Positions 1 to 9,196 of a DNA stretch of 39,903 nucleotides are shown in pieces. Location: contig CBFHSJ010000004.1 of NCBI GenBank assembly GCA_965658485.1, positions 1-39,903 on the forward strand. The letters are read 5' to 3'. Under the pieces are notes generated by a model. The model did not search any database and had not been told where the DNA came from. It saw only the letters and a program-made list of their open reading frames with translations. Source of the stretch: Luminiphilus sp. (lineage in GTDB: Bacteria > Pseudomonadota > Gammaproteobacteria > Pseudomonadales > Halieaceae). The stretch's first letter is position 1. Each line of letters opens with the position of its first letter. Position numbers and translations under genes: made by a program.

Positions 1-1827
1 ACTACTGATCAGCCTTTTGTCATCGGGGAGATCGGTGTGGGTACCGGATTGAATCTATGCCTGACCTTGGCCAAGTGGCTGACACACCGCCACCCGGGTG
101 CGACCCTGCACTATCTAGGATTCGAGAGAGCGCCTTTCAGGCCCGAGGATATGCGTCGCGCGCTCTGTCGCTGGCCCGAGCTGGCTCCCGTGCTCAATGC
201 GGTCCTGGCGCGCTGGCCCGACCCTCTCCCCGGTTGCCACCGACGATACTTTCCCGAGTGGGGACTCACGCTGGACCTCTGGTGGGCAGATGCCGCAGAC
301 GCCCTTGAAGATCTAGCCAGCCATGGCCGGCCCTGGATTGATGCATGGTATCTCGATGGCTTTGCGCCGTCACGGGAACCGGGCCCTTGGCAACAGCGGC
401 TCTATGACGCGATGGCTGGCCTGAGTCGGGCCGGGGCCACGTTCGCCACCTTCACGGCGGCAGGGGATGTGAGGCGAGGCCTCGCAGCGTCTGGATTTGA
501 GGTACACAAACGGCCGGGCTTTGGTAGCAAGCGCGATGCCCTTTGGGGGACGATCAAGCGCGCGCATGTGGCGGCACCCGCGATCACCCCGTGGGATCTG
601 AATCCTGAGGCTCACACACCGCAGCGAGCGCTTGTTCTCGGTGCGGGACTGGCTGGCGCACACGCCGCATTTGCGCTCGCCCGTCGAGGCGTTGCCGTGA
701 CAGTGCTGGAAGCCGCCAGCGTGGCCGGCGGCGGCTCAAGCAACCTGCAGGGCGTCACCTACACGCGACTGTCTCATCAGCATAATCCTCTGACCGATTT
801 CTCGCTCGCCGGGTTTGGCTTTGCCACCGATCACTATGAGACGCTCTTGCGAGACGGTGCGTTGACGGCAGATAAGGACATCGGCCTCGGCGGCTACGTG
901 CAGCTTCACGAGGCCGACGACACGCTGGCACATCTTAGTGAGGTGTTACCCCTAGCACCGGCATTTGCCCAAGTGATCAGTGCCACGGAACTCGCAGCGC
1001 TCACCGGCCTGACGCCGAGGTGCGGCGGCATTCACTACCAGAGGGGCGGCTGGCTCACACCACAGGCGGTCTGCCGCGCATTGCTGACCCACCCTTTGAT
1101 CTCCCTACAGAGCGACTGTGGGCTGCTATCGCTCAGCCGCGAGCAGGGTGGCCTCTGGCGGGCGATCGATGCGCAGGGCAATGTGCTGACAGAGGCCGAT
1201 ACCGCGGTGCTGGCCACGGCACATGCCGTACTACAGCAACCGGACCTCAAGTGGCTGCCGCTCAATACCATTCGCGGGCAGACGACACACCTGCCGACAC
1301 CGCCCCAGCTGGCACAACTGTCCGTGACCCTCTGCGATCAGGGCTATCTGCCGCCGGCGCGGGCGGGTCTACACTGTCTGGGGGCGAGTTTTTGCCCGGG
1401 GGATGCCGGCATAGATGAACGCGAGGCGGAGCATGCGCATAATATCGACATGATAAAGACCGCTCTGCCCGATCTGGATCTGCCCACCCCCGACGGAGGC
1501 TGGCAGGGTCACGTAGCGCATCGGTGTAATAGCAACGACTACCTGCCTGTTGCAGGTCCGGTACCTATGCTGAGAGAGTTCAACTGCCGCTACGAGCGAC
1601 TTCGACATGATCGCAAGCGGGTCATCGATGCGCCTAGCCCCGTCCTGCCGGGGCTCGCGGTGCTGACCAGTCTGGGATCCCGCGGCTTATCCGCCGCGCC
1701 CTTGGCCGCAGAAGTGATAGCGGATCAGCTGACGGGCACGCTGCCCGCAGTGCCCCGGTATCTGCAGCGAGCGCTCTCTCCCGCGCGTTTCCTCGAGCGG
1801 GCGCTGAAACGCGGGGAGCCTTTGTGA
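1..1827 (+). CDS. mnmC: Bifunctional tRNA mnm5s2U34 methyltransferase / FAD-dependent oxidoreductase MnmC (5' end outside window)
   Basis: Frame is open from base 1 (TTDQPFVIGEIGVGTGLNL, SAM-binding motif). DAWYLDGFAP, ATFTAAG.VRRGL and KRPGFGSKR are followed by an FAD-binding VLGAGLAG and a C-terminal LGSRGL..APL.AE. Confidence 0.93.
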   Translation, partial: TTDQPFVIGEIGVGTGLNLCLTLAKWLTHRHPGATLHYLGFERAPFRPEDMRRALCRWPELAPVLNAVLARWPDPLPGCHRRYFPEWGLTLDLWWADAADALEDLASHGRPWIDAWYLDGFAPSREPGPWQQRLYDAMAGLSRAGATFATFTAAGDVRRGLAASGFEVHKRPGFGSKRDALWGTIKRAHVAAPAITPWDLNPEAHTPQRALVLGAGLAGAHAAFALARRGVAVTVLEAASVAGGGSSNLQGVTYTRLSHQHNPLTDFSLAGFGFATDHYETLLRDGALTADKDIGLGGYVQLHEADDTLAHLSEVLPLAPAFAQVISATELAALTGLTPRCGGIHYQRGGWLTPQAVCRALLTHPLISLQSDCGLLSLSREQGGLWRAIDAQGNVLTEADTAVLATAHAVLQQPDLKWLPLNTIRGQTTHLPTPPQLAQLSVTLCDQGYLPPARAGLHCLGASFCPGDAGIDEREAEHAHNIDMIKTALPDLDLPTPDGGWQGHVAHRCNSNDYLPVAGPVPMLREFNCRYERLRHDRKRVIDAPSPVLPGLAVLTSLGSRGLSAAPLAAEVIADQLTGTLPAVPRYLQRALSPARFLERALKRGEPL

Positions 1828-2627
1828 ACAGCTGTCGCGCACTGCTTCGCTACCTTGTTGCCGGGCTGACGCTTTTAGGCAGCGGAGCCTGCCCAGCCGA
1901 AGAGGGTGAGTTGCCGCATGCCACCGTCCCCACCTACGGCTATGAGGTGGTGTCGCGCGTGCGCTTTGATCGCGCAAATTTCACTCAGGGCCTCGAAATT
2001 TACGACGGTCGCCTCTACGTCAGCTCGGGCCTCTACGGTGAATCCAAGATCAGAGTGTATGACTTTCCCGCCATGGAAGAGATGCAGTCCGTGTCCATAG
2101 ACCCCAGAATTTTCGCCGAGGGCCTCACGGTGATCGACAATCGGCTGGTGGTGCTGTCCTGGCGCGAACGCGTGATGCTGGTCTACTCCCTGCCCGATTT
2201 GTCGTTGTTGGGCCAAAGCACCCTGCCAGGACAGGGTTGGGGTGCCACCCACTCCGGCTCGACGCTGTGGTTCAGCGATGGCTCACACTACCTGTACTCC
2301 GCCGATATGAGTGACGATGGCAAACTGAACCGGCTACCGGTCGTGCTGGAGGGCAGGCCGCTGCGCAATTTGAACGAACTCGAGTGGGTGAATGGGGAGA
2401 TCTGGGCTAATGTATGGCAGACCGATGAGATCGCGCGCATCGACCCCATTACGGGTAAGGTAGTGGGCCTGATTGACCTCTCTGGCCTACTGCCTGAGGA
2501 AGACCGTCTGCGGGATACGGATGTGCTCAATGGCATCGCCATTGATCCGGTCACCCAGAACATTTGGGTAACCGGCAAACGCTGGCCCTGGCTTTTTGAG
2601 ATTACACTGGAAAGTCCCGCGGACTGA
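1824..2627 (+). CDS. Glutaminyl-peptide cyclotransferase (beta-propeller-type glutaminyl cyclase), exported
   Basis: Motifs FTQGL, SSGLYG, FAEG, GWG, SDGS, LNELE, ANVWQ, VLNGIA, TGKRWP. Hydrophobic N-terminal signal. GTGA overlap with the mnmC stop. Confidence 0.9.
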   Translation: MNSCRALLRYLVAGLTLLGSGACPAEEGELPHATVPTYGYEVVSRVRFDRANFTQGLEIYDGRLYVSSGLYGESKIRVYDFPAMEEMQSVSIDPRIFAEGLTVIDNRLVVLSWRERVMLVYSLPDLSLLGQSTLPGQGWGATHSGSTLWFSDGSHYLYSADMSDDGKLNRLPVVLEGRPLRNLNELEWVNGEIWANVWQTDEIARIDPITGKVVGLIDLSGLLPEEDRLRDTDVLNGIAIDPVTQNIWVTGKRWPWLFEITLESPAD

Positions 2628-2676
2628 CCGCATATCAACCCCTGACAACACCCACACAGCTAAACTGGAACCAAAC

Positions 2677-5625
2677 ATGACAGATGCCTCAACTCGCCCC
2701 GCCGCCGCACAAATCCCCAATACGTTTGTGCTGAAGCGGGCAGTGCCGATCCCCAGCCTGAATCTCACTGTCGAGGAGTACGCGCACCCCGGCACCGGGG
2801 CCCAGCACCTCCATCTGAGCAGCGACTCCTCCGAGAATGTGTTCATGGTCGCTCTGCGCACGGTGCCCGAGGACTCCACGGGCGTAGCGCACATTCTCGA
2901 GCACACCGCGCTGTGTGGCAGTGAGCGCTACCCGGTTCGTGACCCTTTCTTCATGATGCTGCGGCGCTCGCTCAATACGTTTATGAACGCATTCACCAGC
3001 TCGGATTGGACTGCCTACCCTTTCGCCACCCAAAACCGAAAGGATTTCGGCAACCTGCTAGATGTTTATCTCGATGCCGTGTTCTTTTCGCGACTGGACC
3101 CGCTCGACTTCGCACAGGAAGGACACCGAGTAGAGTTTGAGAACGACGACAGTGCGCAACCGCTGGTATTCAAGGGTGTCGTATTCAACGAGATGAAGGG
3201 AGCCATGTCCTCCACGCCGTCGGTCCTGTGGGACCGGTTATGCCATGAGCTATTTCCTTCCAACACCTATCACTTCAACAGCGGCGGCGACCCGGAGCAC
3301 ATCCCTGATTTAAGTTATCAGGAGCTGAGGGACTTTTACGCCGAGCATTACCACCCCAGCAACGCGATATTTCTCACCTTTGGCGATATCAGCGCCGAGG
3401 CACACCAGCACGTTTTTGAGGCGCAGGTCCTGCAGCGTTTCGGCGCGCTGGAGCGGAAAATCGAGGTCGCGCTCGAAACCCCCTTTAATGCTCCGGTGCA
3501 AGCAACACACCCCTATGCGGTGGATGCGGAAGAAGGCTCGGAGAAGAAAACGCACCTGGTTATGGGCTGGAAGCTCGGCGAGAGCGCCGACCTGACCGCC
3601 ATGCTGGAGGCGCAACTGGTGTCCTCGGTGTTGATGGAGAACAGCGCCTCGCCGCTGATGCACTACCTGGAGACTACCGATCGGGGCGCCGCACCCTCTC
3701 CGCTGTGCGGGCTGGAAGAGTCGATGCGGGAGATGGTGTTCTGCTGTGGTATCGAAGGCAGCGAGGCGGAGCACGCCGAGGCCTTTGAGGCCGAGGTGCT
3801 GGCCTGTATCGAACAGGTCGCCACCGACGGTGTCGATGAAGAGAAGGTCGACGCGATCCTGCGGCAGATCGAGCTACACCAAAGAGAAGTGAGCGGCGAC
3901 GGAATGCCTTACGGACTCAACCTGATGTTGAGAGCCCTTGGCGCCGCCACACACTATGGTGATGCGGTGGCAGCACTGGATCTCGAGCCGGTGATTGCCA
4001 CGCTTCGTGAACGGGTCAAAGACCGCGATTATCTGCCGGGACTCATTCGCAGTCTGTTGCTCGACAACCCCCACCGGGTCAGACTGGTCGTGACGCCGGA
4101 CATCGGCCTCTCGGCCAGCCGTGAGTCCGCTGAGGCGGCCCGTCTCTTAGAGATGAGGGAAAATCTCAGCAGCGAGCGCACAGCGGAGATTCTCGACCTC
4201 GCCGAGCGGCTCAGGGCGCGACAGAGCCAGAAAGATGACCCAGACGTGCTGCCGAGAGTGGCACTCTCGGATATTCCAGCAGAGACCCCATCCCCCGAGC
4301 CTGTTATTGAGTCTGGCACATCAACCCATTACCGCTACACCGCGGGCACCAACGGGCTCGTTTATCAGCAGTGGGTGAGCCCGCTACCGGCGCTGACGGC
4401 AACCGAGCAGCAGCATTTGCCGCTGGTGACGGCATTGATGCCCGAGGTTGGGGTCGGTGAACTCAACTATCTTGACACCCAGGAGCGGCACTCAGCGACA
4501 GTGGGCTCACTCAGCGTGTCGGTCAGCAGCCGCGCGCACCGCGACAGCGAGCAAAGCAGCGACAGCTTCTTTGTGCTGTCTTCCAAGGCCCTCGCTGATC
4601 GCATTCAACCGCAGCTGGAACTGATGTCGGATACGCTTCAAGCCGCGCGTTTCGATGAATGCTCGCGCATCCGGGATCTGGTCAGCCAAATGCGCGCGCG
4701 GCGCGATCAGGGCATCACCGGCAGCGGCCATGCGCTGGCCATGACCGCAGCCTGTGCCGGTATGAGCCCCCTCGCCAAGCGGGGCCACCAGCAAGGAGGA
4801 CTCGAGGGTATCCGCACGCTGCGCGCGCTGGATGACGTACTCAAAGATGAAGGTGAGCTGGACGCGTTCGCTCATTCGCTGGGCGCCATCCACCAGAAGC
4901 TGGCGGGTGCGGGGGCACCGCTTTTGTGCACCGTCACCGATGACCCGAACATTCAGCCTGCGAGCGAGGCTGCTTCTAAGAGCGCAGGGGCCCTGCCAAC
5001 GACGTCCTATGCCAGCATTACGCTGGAACCGGTCCGAGCCGCCATTCAAGAGATTTGGGTCACCAACACCCAGGTCAATTTCTGCGCCAAGGCCTACCCG
5101 ACAGTCCCCTCCGGACACCCCGATGCGCCGACGCTGTCGGTGCTCGCCGCTTTCCTGCGCAATGGGTTTTTGCATCGCACCATCAGGGAACAAGGTGGTG
5201 CTTATGGCGGGGGCGCCAGCCACGACCCGAATATCGCAGCATTTCGCTTCTTCTCCTACCGAGACCCACGCTTAGTCGAAACGCTGGAGGACTTCGATGC
5301 CTCCATCGCCTGGCTGCTGGAGACACAGCATGAGCAGTTGGCGCTGGAAGAGGCGATTCTCAGTGTGATGGCCAGCCTCGATAAGCCGGGATCCCCGGCC
5401 GGCGAGGCAAAGCGGGACTTCCACGAGAGACTGTTCGGACGCACCGCAGAGCACCGCCGCATCTTGCGCGCCGGCATTGTGAGCACCACCCTTGATGACC
5501 TCCGCCGCGTGACCGAAACCTACCTGAAGCCCGAGCTTGCCAGCACGGCGGTTATCACCCACACCGCGGGTGCGGACATCGTGGCAAAGCGCCAGTTACC
5601 CCTCACCCGGCAGGACCTTCTCTAA
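2677..5625 (+). CDS. M16C (presequence protease / insulinase family) zinc metallopeptidase
   Basis: Inverted zinc motif HILEH in DSTGVAHILEHTALCGSERYPVRDPFF. Also FMNAFT, GVVFNEMKG, IREQGGAYGG, SYRDP. Start placed at ATG 2677. Confidence 0.92.
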   Translation: MTDASTRPAAAQIPNTFVLKRAVPIPSLNLTVEEYAHPGTGAQHLHLSSDSSENVFMVALRTVPEDSTGVAHILEHTALCGSERYPVRDPFFMMLRRSLNTFMNAFTSSDWTAYPFATQNRKDFGNLLDVYLDAVFFSRLDPLDFAQEGHRVEFENDDSAQPLVFKGVVFNEMKGAMSSTPSVLWDRLCHELFPSNTYHFNSGGDPEHIPDLSYQELRDFYAEHYHPSNAIFLTFGDISAEAHQHVFEAQVLQRFGALERKIEVALETPFNAPVQATHPYAVDAEEGSEKKTHLVMGWKLGESADLTAMLEAQLVSSVLMENSASPLMHYLETTDRGAAPSPLCGLEESMREMVFCCGIEGSEAEHAEAFEAEVLACIEQVATDGVDEEKVDAILRQIELHQREVSGDGMPYGLNLMLRALGAATHYGDAVAALDLEPVIATLRERVKDRDYLPGLIRSLLLDNPHRVRLVVTPDIGLSASRESAEAARLLEMRENLSSERTAEILDLAERLRARQSQKDDPDVLPRVALSDIPAETPSPEPVIESGTSTHYRYTAGTNGLVYQQWVSPLPALTATEQQHLPLVTALMPEVGVGELNYLDTQERHSATVGSLSVSVSSRAHRDSEQSSDSFFVLSSKALADRIQPQLELMSDTLQAARFDECSRIRDLVSQMRARRDQGITGSGHALAMTAACAGMSPLAKRGHQQGGLEGIRTLRALDDVLKDEGELDAFAHSLGAIHQKLAGAGAPLLCTVTDDPNIQPASEAASKSAGALPTTSYASITLEPVRAAIQEIWVTNTQVNFCAKAYPTVPSGHPDAPTLSVLAAFLRNGFLHRTIREQGGAYGGGASHDPNIAAFRFFSYRDPRLVETLEDFDASIAWLLETQHEQLALEEAILSVMASLDKPGSPAGEAKRDFHERLFGRTAEHRRILRAGIVSTTLDDLRRVTETYLKPELASTAVITHTAGADIVAKRQLPLTRQDLL

Positions 5626-6193
5626 GCGAGAGCAGGTAACCCTCGCCACGAGGTGCCCAGGCGGCCAGAAAACCCTCCCGGGTCCAGATCAGCCGGCCCT
5701 GTGACGGATCGGCCAGGGCAACGTGACGGCCAGCCAGCCCGGTTAACACACTGAAGTGAGGACCCGTGGGTAGCTGCAGGTAGACCAGAACCGGCAACCT
5801 GAGGGTCGACAACGATCTGGCACTGAGCCTGAGCACCTGCGGACTGGCACCGGCATCCTGTGCCAACCGGGCCAATTGCTCAAGACTGAAACCCTCGCCC
5901 AGAATCCTCTTGGTTTCCGCTGCGCTGACACCGAGGCGCGCAATGAGCCCCGTTAGATCGAAATCAGCACCCCTGTGTGCAGCCATCAACGTGGCGAGCG
6001 CAGCAGGCCCGCAATCATAGTCTCCAGATTGGCGCACAATTTCCCGCTCGAAAATGCGCACGGGTTGCGACCACGCTGTATCGCTGCCCAGCGATACCCC
6101 GGTGAGCGCAACGGCGAAGCCCACACTGAGACTTACCCGCCCCGCCCACCGAAGTGGAGCAGATCTAGCTCTCGTCCGAATACCGCCGGGCAC
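5603..6193 (-). CDS. Stand-alone C39-family cysteine peptidase with N-terminal signal/anchor
   Basis: RQSGDYDCGPAALATLM (oxyanion Gln and catalytic Cys), GPHFSVL (His), LADPSQG (Asp), F...W.G tail. Hydrophobic N-terminal segment. No ABC domains fused. Confidence 0.88.
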   Translation of the reverse strand: MPGGIRTRARSAPLRWAGRVSLSVGFAVALTGVSLGSDTAWSQPVRIFEREIVRQSGDYDCGPAALATLMAAHRGADFDLTGLIARLGVSAAETKRILGEGFSLEQLARLAQDAGASPQVLRLSARSLSTLRLPVLVYLQLPTGPHFSVLTGLAGRHVALADPSQGRLIWTREGFLAAWAPRGEGYLLSLREGPAG

Positions 6194-6428
6194 GACGCTC
6201 TAGCCAGATGACCAGGAGCACCGCAACACTAAAGTAAGTAGTGAGCGCCACACCCAGGCTGATCAGTCCTCCGGCGGCCACCGTAGCGGCGGCCATCAAC
6301 AGCGCCCAAAAGAGCAGCACCGGGATGATACGCAACGCAAAATATTGCTCACGCACACGCCAACGGGCATCGCGGGCTAGCTTCTCCCGCAGCTGCTCGA
6401 CCGGGTTATCCCCTTTTAGTCCCGCCAC
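6165..6428 (-). CDS. Small membrane protein (87 aa, ~2 TM), possible immunity or accessory factor
   Basis: GTG start preceded by a strong GGAGGG SD just after the upstream stop. Long hydrophobic hairpin flanked by Arg-rich ends. Lies between the precursor and C39 genes. Confidence 0.7.
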   Translation of the reverse strand: MAGLKGDNPVEQLREKLARDARWRVREQYFALRIIPVLLFWALLMAAATVAAGGLISLGVALTTYFSVAVLLVIWLERRARRYSDES

Positions 6429-6443
6429 TGTTGAGCCCTCCCA

Positions 6444-6746
6444 TTAAGGCAGTTTGTAGGCGGGGCTGGGCTCCGCGTAATGCGGCACGTAGACCCCCCA
6501 GTAGAAGCCCGCCAGCGCCAGATCAAGCGTGGCCACACCCACGATGAACGGCAGCACTCTGCCGCGCAGTTGCGATGCCTCAAGAAACGACAACGCGAAT
6601 GACTGCTCGTCGGGAAGGGGTGATGGCGCCACCCGCACCGTGGCGGTCTCTAAACTCAGCGGCGGGATGCGAAGTGGGGAAGCAGCCTGAGTGAGCGGTG
6701 CAGATACGACACCACACAGGCCTAGTACGAAAATCCATTTTCTCAT
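6444..6746 (-). CDS. Secreted peptide precursor (Sec signal + double-glycine-like leader + hydrophobic 37-aa core)
   Basis: AGGAG SD 8 nt before ATG. Signal MRKWIFVLGLCGVVSAPLTQA. LSFLEASQLRGR matches LSxxELxxIxGG spacing. Adjacent C39 peptidase. Confidence 0.75.
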   Translation of the reverse strand: MRKWIFVLGLCGVVSAPLTQAASPLRIPPLSLETATVRVAPSPLPDEQSFALSFLEASQLRGRVLPFIVGVATLDLALAGFYWGVYVPHYAEPSPAYKLP

Positions 6747-6857
6747 GTTGCTGGCTCCTAGTTATTCAAAGTCGTAGCGAATTGAGACTCGTTCATTACC
6801 GATCGCGGCAGAAATACTGTCGTGACCGTCTCAGTCCGTACTTTGCCTATTGGACTA

Positions 6858-6887
6858 TTGCCCCACCACGTCTTGGGCGAGCACAAT
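6858..6887 (+). promoter_or_regulatory. Possible sigma70 promoter for the TauD-family gene
   Basis: TTGCCC-18 nt-CACAAT, about 45 nt upstream of the start. Imperfect consensus. Confidence 0.3.
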
Positions 6888-6932
6888 CCCCCCACGCCCC
6901 GATGAGGTCGCTGAAGGACAGGAGAGAATGCA

Positions 6933-7754
6933 ATGATGGTGAAGCGTGTTGCGGGGGCGCTGGGTGCCGAGTTACAGGCCGTCAATTTAGGCGACGGACT
7001 CGACGCTGAGCTCGCCGGTACCTTGCGCGCCCTGCTTAACGAGCACGAGGTGCTGTTTCTTCGCGATCAGGTCATCGAACCCGCCGCACAAAAAGCACTG
7101 GCCGAGATTTTTGGGCCGCTACAAACACACCCTGCCTACAACACTGTAGAGGGCCTGCCTGAAGTGATGATTCTGGAGAGCACCCGGGAGAACCCCTCAA
7201 AAATTGAGATCTGGCACTCGGATATGACGTTTCGCCAGCATCCTCCCTCGGTCACGGTGCTCCGCGGCATCACGATTCCGGAGGTGGGTGGAGACACCCT
7301 GTTTGCCAGCATGACGGCGGCCTACGACGGCCTGTCCTCGGGAATGCAGCGCTACCTCGACGGCCTCGTAGCAGTGCACGATTTCAGCCATGGATTTAAA
7401 GAGAGCCTAGCCGAGCCCGGGGGCCGGGACCGTCTGGCGGACGCCGTGGCCGCCAACCCGCCGGTGCGTCACCCGGTGGTACAAACCCACCCCGAAACCG
7501 GCAAAAAGGTGCTGTTCGTCAACGCCCTGTTTACAACCCACATTGAGGACCTGCCACCTCTGGAGTCTGCTGAAGTTCTGCAGTTTCTCTGGCGCCACGC
7601 CAGTCTTCCGGAGTTCACCTGCCGCTTTGACTGGCAACCGAACAGCATGGTGCTCTGGGATAACCGCAGCACCCAGCACAAACCGGTGAATGATTTCTTT
7701 CCTGCAACGCGGCGCCTGCACCGCGTGGTGAGTGAAGGCGATCAGCCCTACTGA
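6933..7754 (+). CDS. TauD/TfdA family Fe(II)/2-oxoglutarate dioxygenase
   Basis: WHSDMTF (HxD), GGDTLFASM, HPVVQTHPETG, WDNRSTQH, R.LHRV. SD GGAGAG upstream. Confidence 0.92.
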   Translation: MMVKRVAGALGAELQAVNLGDGLDAELAGTLRALLNEHEVLFLRDQVIEPAAQKALAEIFGPLQTHPAYNTVEGLPEVMILESTRENPSKIEIWHSDMTFRQHPPSVTVLRGITIPEVGGDTLFASMTAAYDGLSSGMQRYLDGLVAVHDFSHGFKESLAEPGGRDRLADAVAANPPVRHPVVQTHPETGKKVLFVNALFTTHIEDLPPLESAEVLQFLWRHASLPEFTCRFDWQPNSMVLWDNRSTQHKPVNDFFPATRRLHRVVSEGDQPY

Positions 7755-9196
7755 TTGGCCTTGATGTCTGCCAGGTAGCAGTTCACTTCGCGCCGCACCA
7801 GAGGCGCGAACAGATACAGCATGAGCACGTTCGGCAAGGCAATTAAAAAGGTCATCGCATCTGAGAAGTCGAGTACTGCGCGCAACTCGAGCATGCACCC
7901 CAGCGCGATAAAGGCGCAAAAAATCATCTGGAAGACGACGCTCTTGACCTTCCCTTCACCCAGCAGATAGGTCCAGCCCTTGAGGCCGTAGTAAGACCAG
8001 GCCAACGCACTCGAGAAAGCGAAGAGCAGCGCAGCCACCGCGATCACGTAGGGCGCCCACGCAAAGTGCCAGGCAAACGCCGCCGAGGTGAGCTCAATCC
8101 CCGCAAGCCCTGACCCCATCAGGCCCTGGGGGATCGCCGTTGTCAGGACCACCAGTGAGCTCAGTGAACACACGATTACAGTGTCAATAAAAGGCTCCAG
8201 CAGCGCCGTGATGCCTTCAGAGGCCGGTTGCTCGGTCTTGACCGCGGAGTGCGCAATCGACGCTGAGCCAATACCGGCTTCGTTGGAGAACAGTGCCCGC
8301 TGAAAGCCAATCACCATGGCGCCCAGAATGCCACCCGATGCCGCCTGTCCCGTGAAAGCCTCTGATACGACCAAAGCCAGCGCAGCGGGCAGGTGTTCTG
8401 CGCTGAGGCCAATCACCACCACCGCGGCGATCACGTAGATCAGACCCATCACCGGCACCAGCACCGCCGCCACCTGCGCGATGGACCGGATGCCCCCGAT
8501 GATCACCGCGGCAATCACCGCCGCCAGCGCGAGCCCGAAAAGCCAGCCTCGATCAGCGAAAAAAGAGGTCTCGCCGCCGGTAATCACGACAAACTGGGCA
8601 AAGGCTTGATTGGACTGAAACATATTGCCAATGCCCAAACAGCCAATGACCAACGCCAGTGCATAAAAGGCGCCAAAGCCCTTGCCTACGCCCGGCCATC
8701 CTCGCTCCCGAAAATAGGCCTCCATATAAAACATCGGTCCACCGGACACCGAGCCGTCGGCGTTATAGCGCCGATACTTAACGCCCAGCGTGCACTCCAC
8801 CAGTTTGGTCGACATCGACAAAAGTCCAGCCACGAACAGCCAAAACGCCGCACCCGGACCACCGAGGGAGATCGCCACGGCCACGCCGCCAATGTTGCCC
8901 ACGCCAACCGTGCCAGACACCGCCGTCGCTACGGCCTTGAAGTGACTGATCTCGCCGCGGGCGTCAGGATCTGAAAAATCGCCGCGGGCATGACGAATTG
9001 CAAGCCACAGCGCTCGAACATTGATGACCCGCAGATAACCCGTGAAAAACAGGCCGGCCGCTGCCGTCCACATGACAATCAGCGGCACGTCGGTGTCAGC
9101 AATGGGTACCGTATAGAACACAAAGGACGATAACGCTTCTGCGATAGGGCCGAGGTACGCCTCAACCCACTGGTCGGGAGACAGGCTCAACCCCAC
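7748..9196 (-). CDS. Alanine/glycine:cation symporter (AGCS family)
   Basis: GTVGVGNIGGVAVAISLGGPGAAFW, GGPMFY, FSNEAGIGS, LEPFIDT, WSYYG. Start probably GTG 9196 or TTG 9190, overlapping the desaturase stop, not 9373. Confidence 0.9.
   Translation of the reverse strand: MGLSLSPDQWVEAYLGPIAEALSSFVFYTVPIADTDVPLIVMWTAAAGLFFTGYLRVINVRALWLAIRHARGDFSDPDARGEISHFKAVATAVSGTVGVGNIGGVAVAISLGGPGAAFWLFVAGLLSMSTKLVECTLGVKYRRYNADGSVSGGPMFYMEAYFRERGWPGVGKGFGAFYALALVIGCLGIGNMFQSNQAFAQFVVITGGETSFFADRGWLFGLALAAVIAAVIIGGIRSIAQVAAVLVPVMGLIYVIAAVVVIGLSAEHLPAALALVVSEAFTGQAASGGILGAMVIGFQRALFSNEAGIGSASIAHSAVKTEQPASEGITALLEPFIDTVIVCSLSSLVVLTTAIPQGLMGSGLAGIELTSAAFAWHFAWAPYVIAVAALLFAFSSALAWSYYGLKGWTYLLGEGKVKSVVFQMIFCAFIALGCMLELRAVLDFSDAMTFLIALPNVLMLYLFAPLVRREVNCYLADIKANQ

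Noticed and set aside
1824-5625. Glutaminyl cyclase and M16C peptidase as dedicated tailoring enzymes for the peptide
   Set aside because: They are on the opposite strand in line with mnmC, the predicted core begins with Val rather than Gln, and the M16C enzyme has no signal peptide.
5603-6746. Interpreting the cassette as a Fap functional amyloid operon
   Set aside because: It shares a FapD-like C39 and an LRGR motif, but has no Asn/Gln-rich amyloid repeats and no FapF-type barrel adjacent.
6780-6798. Fur-box-like sequence AATTGAGACTCGTTCATTA upstream of the peptide precursor
   Set aside because: Several mismatches to the Fur consensus and weak symmetry. It cannot be supported without a PWM scan.
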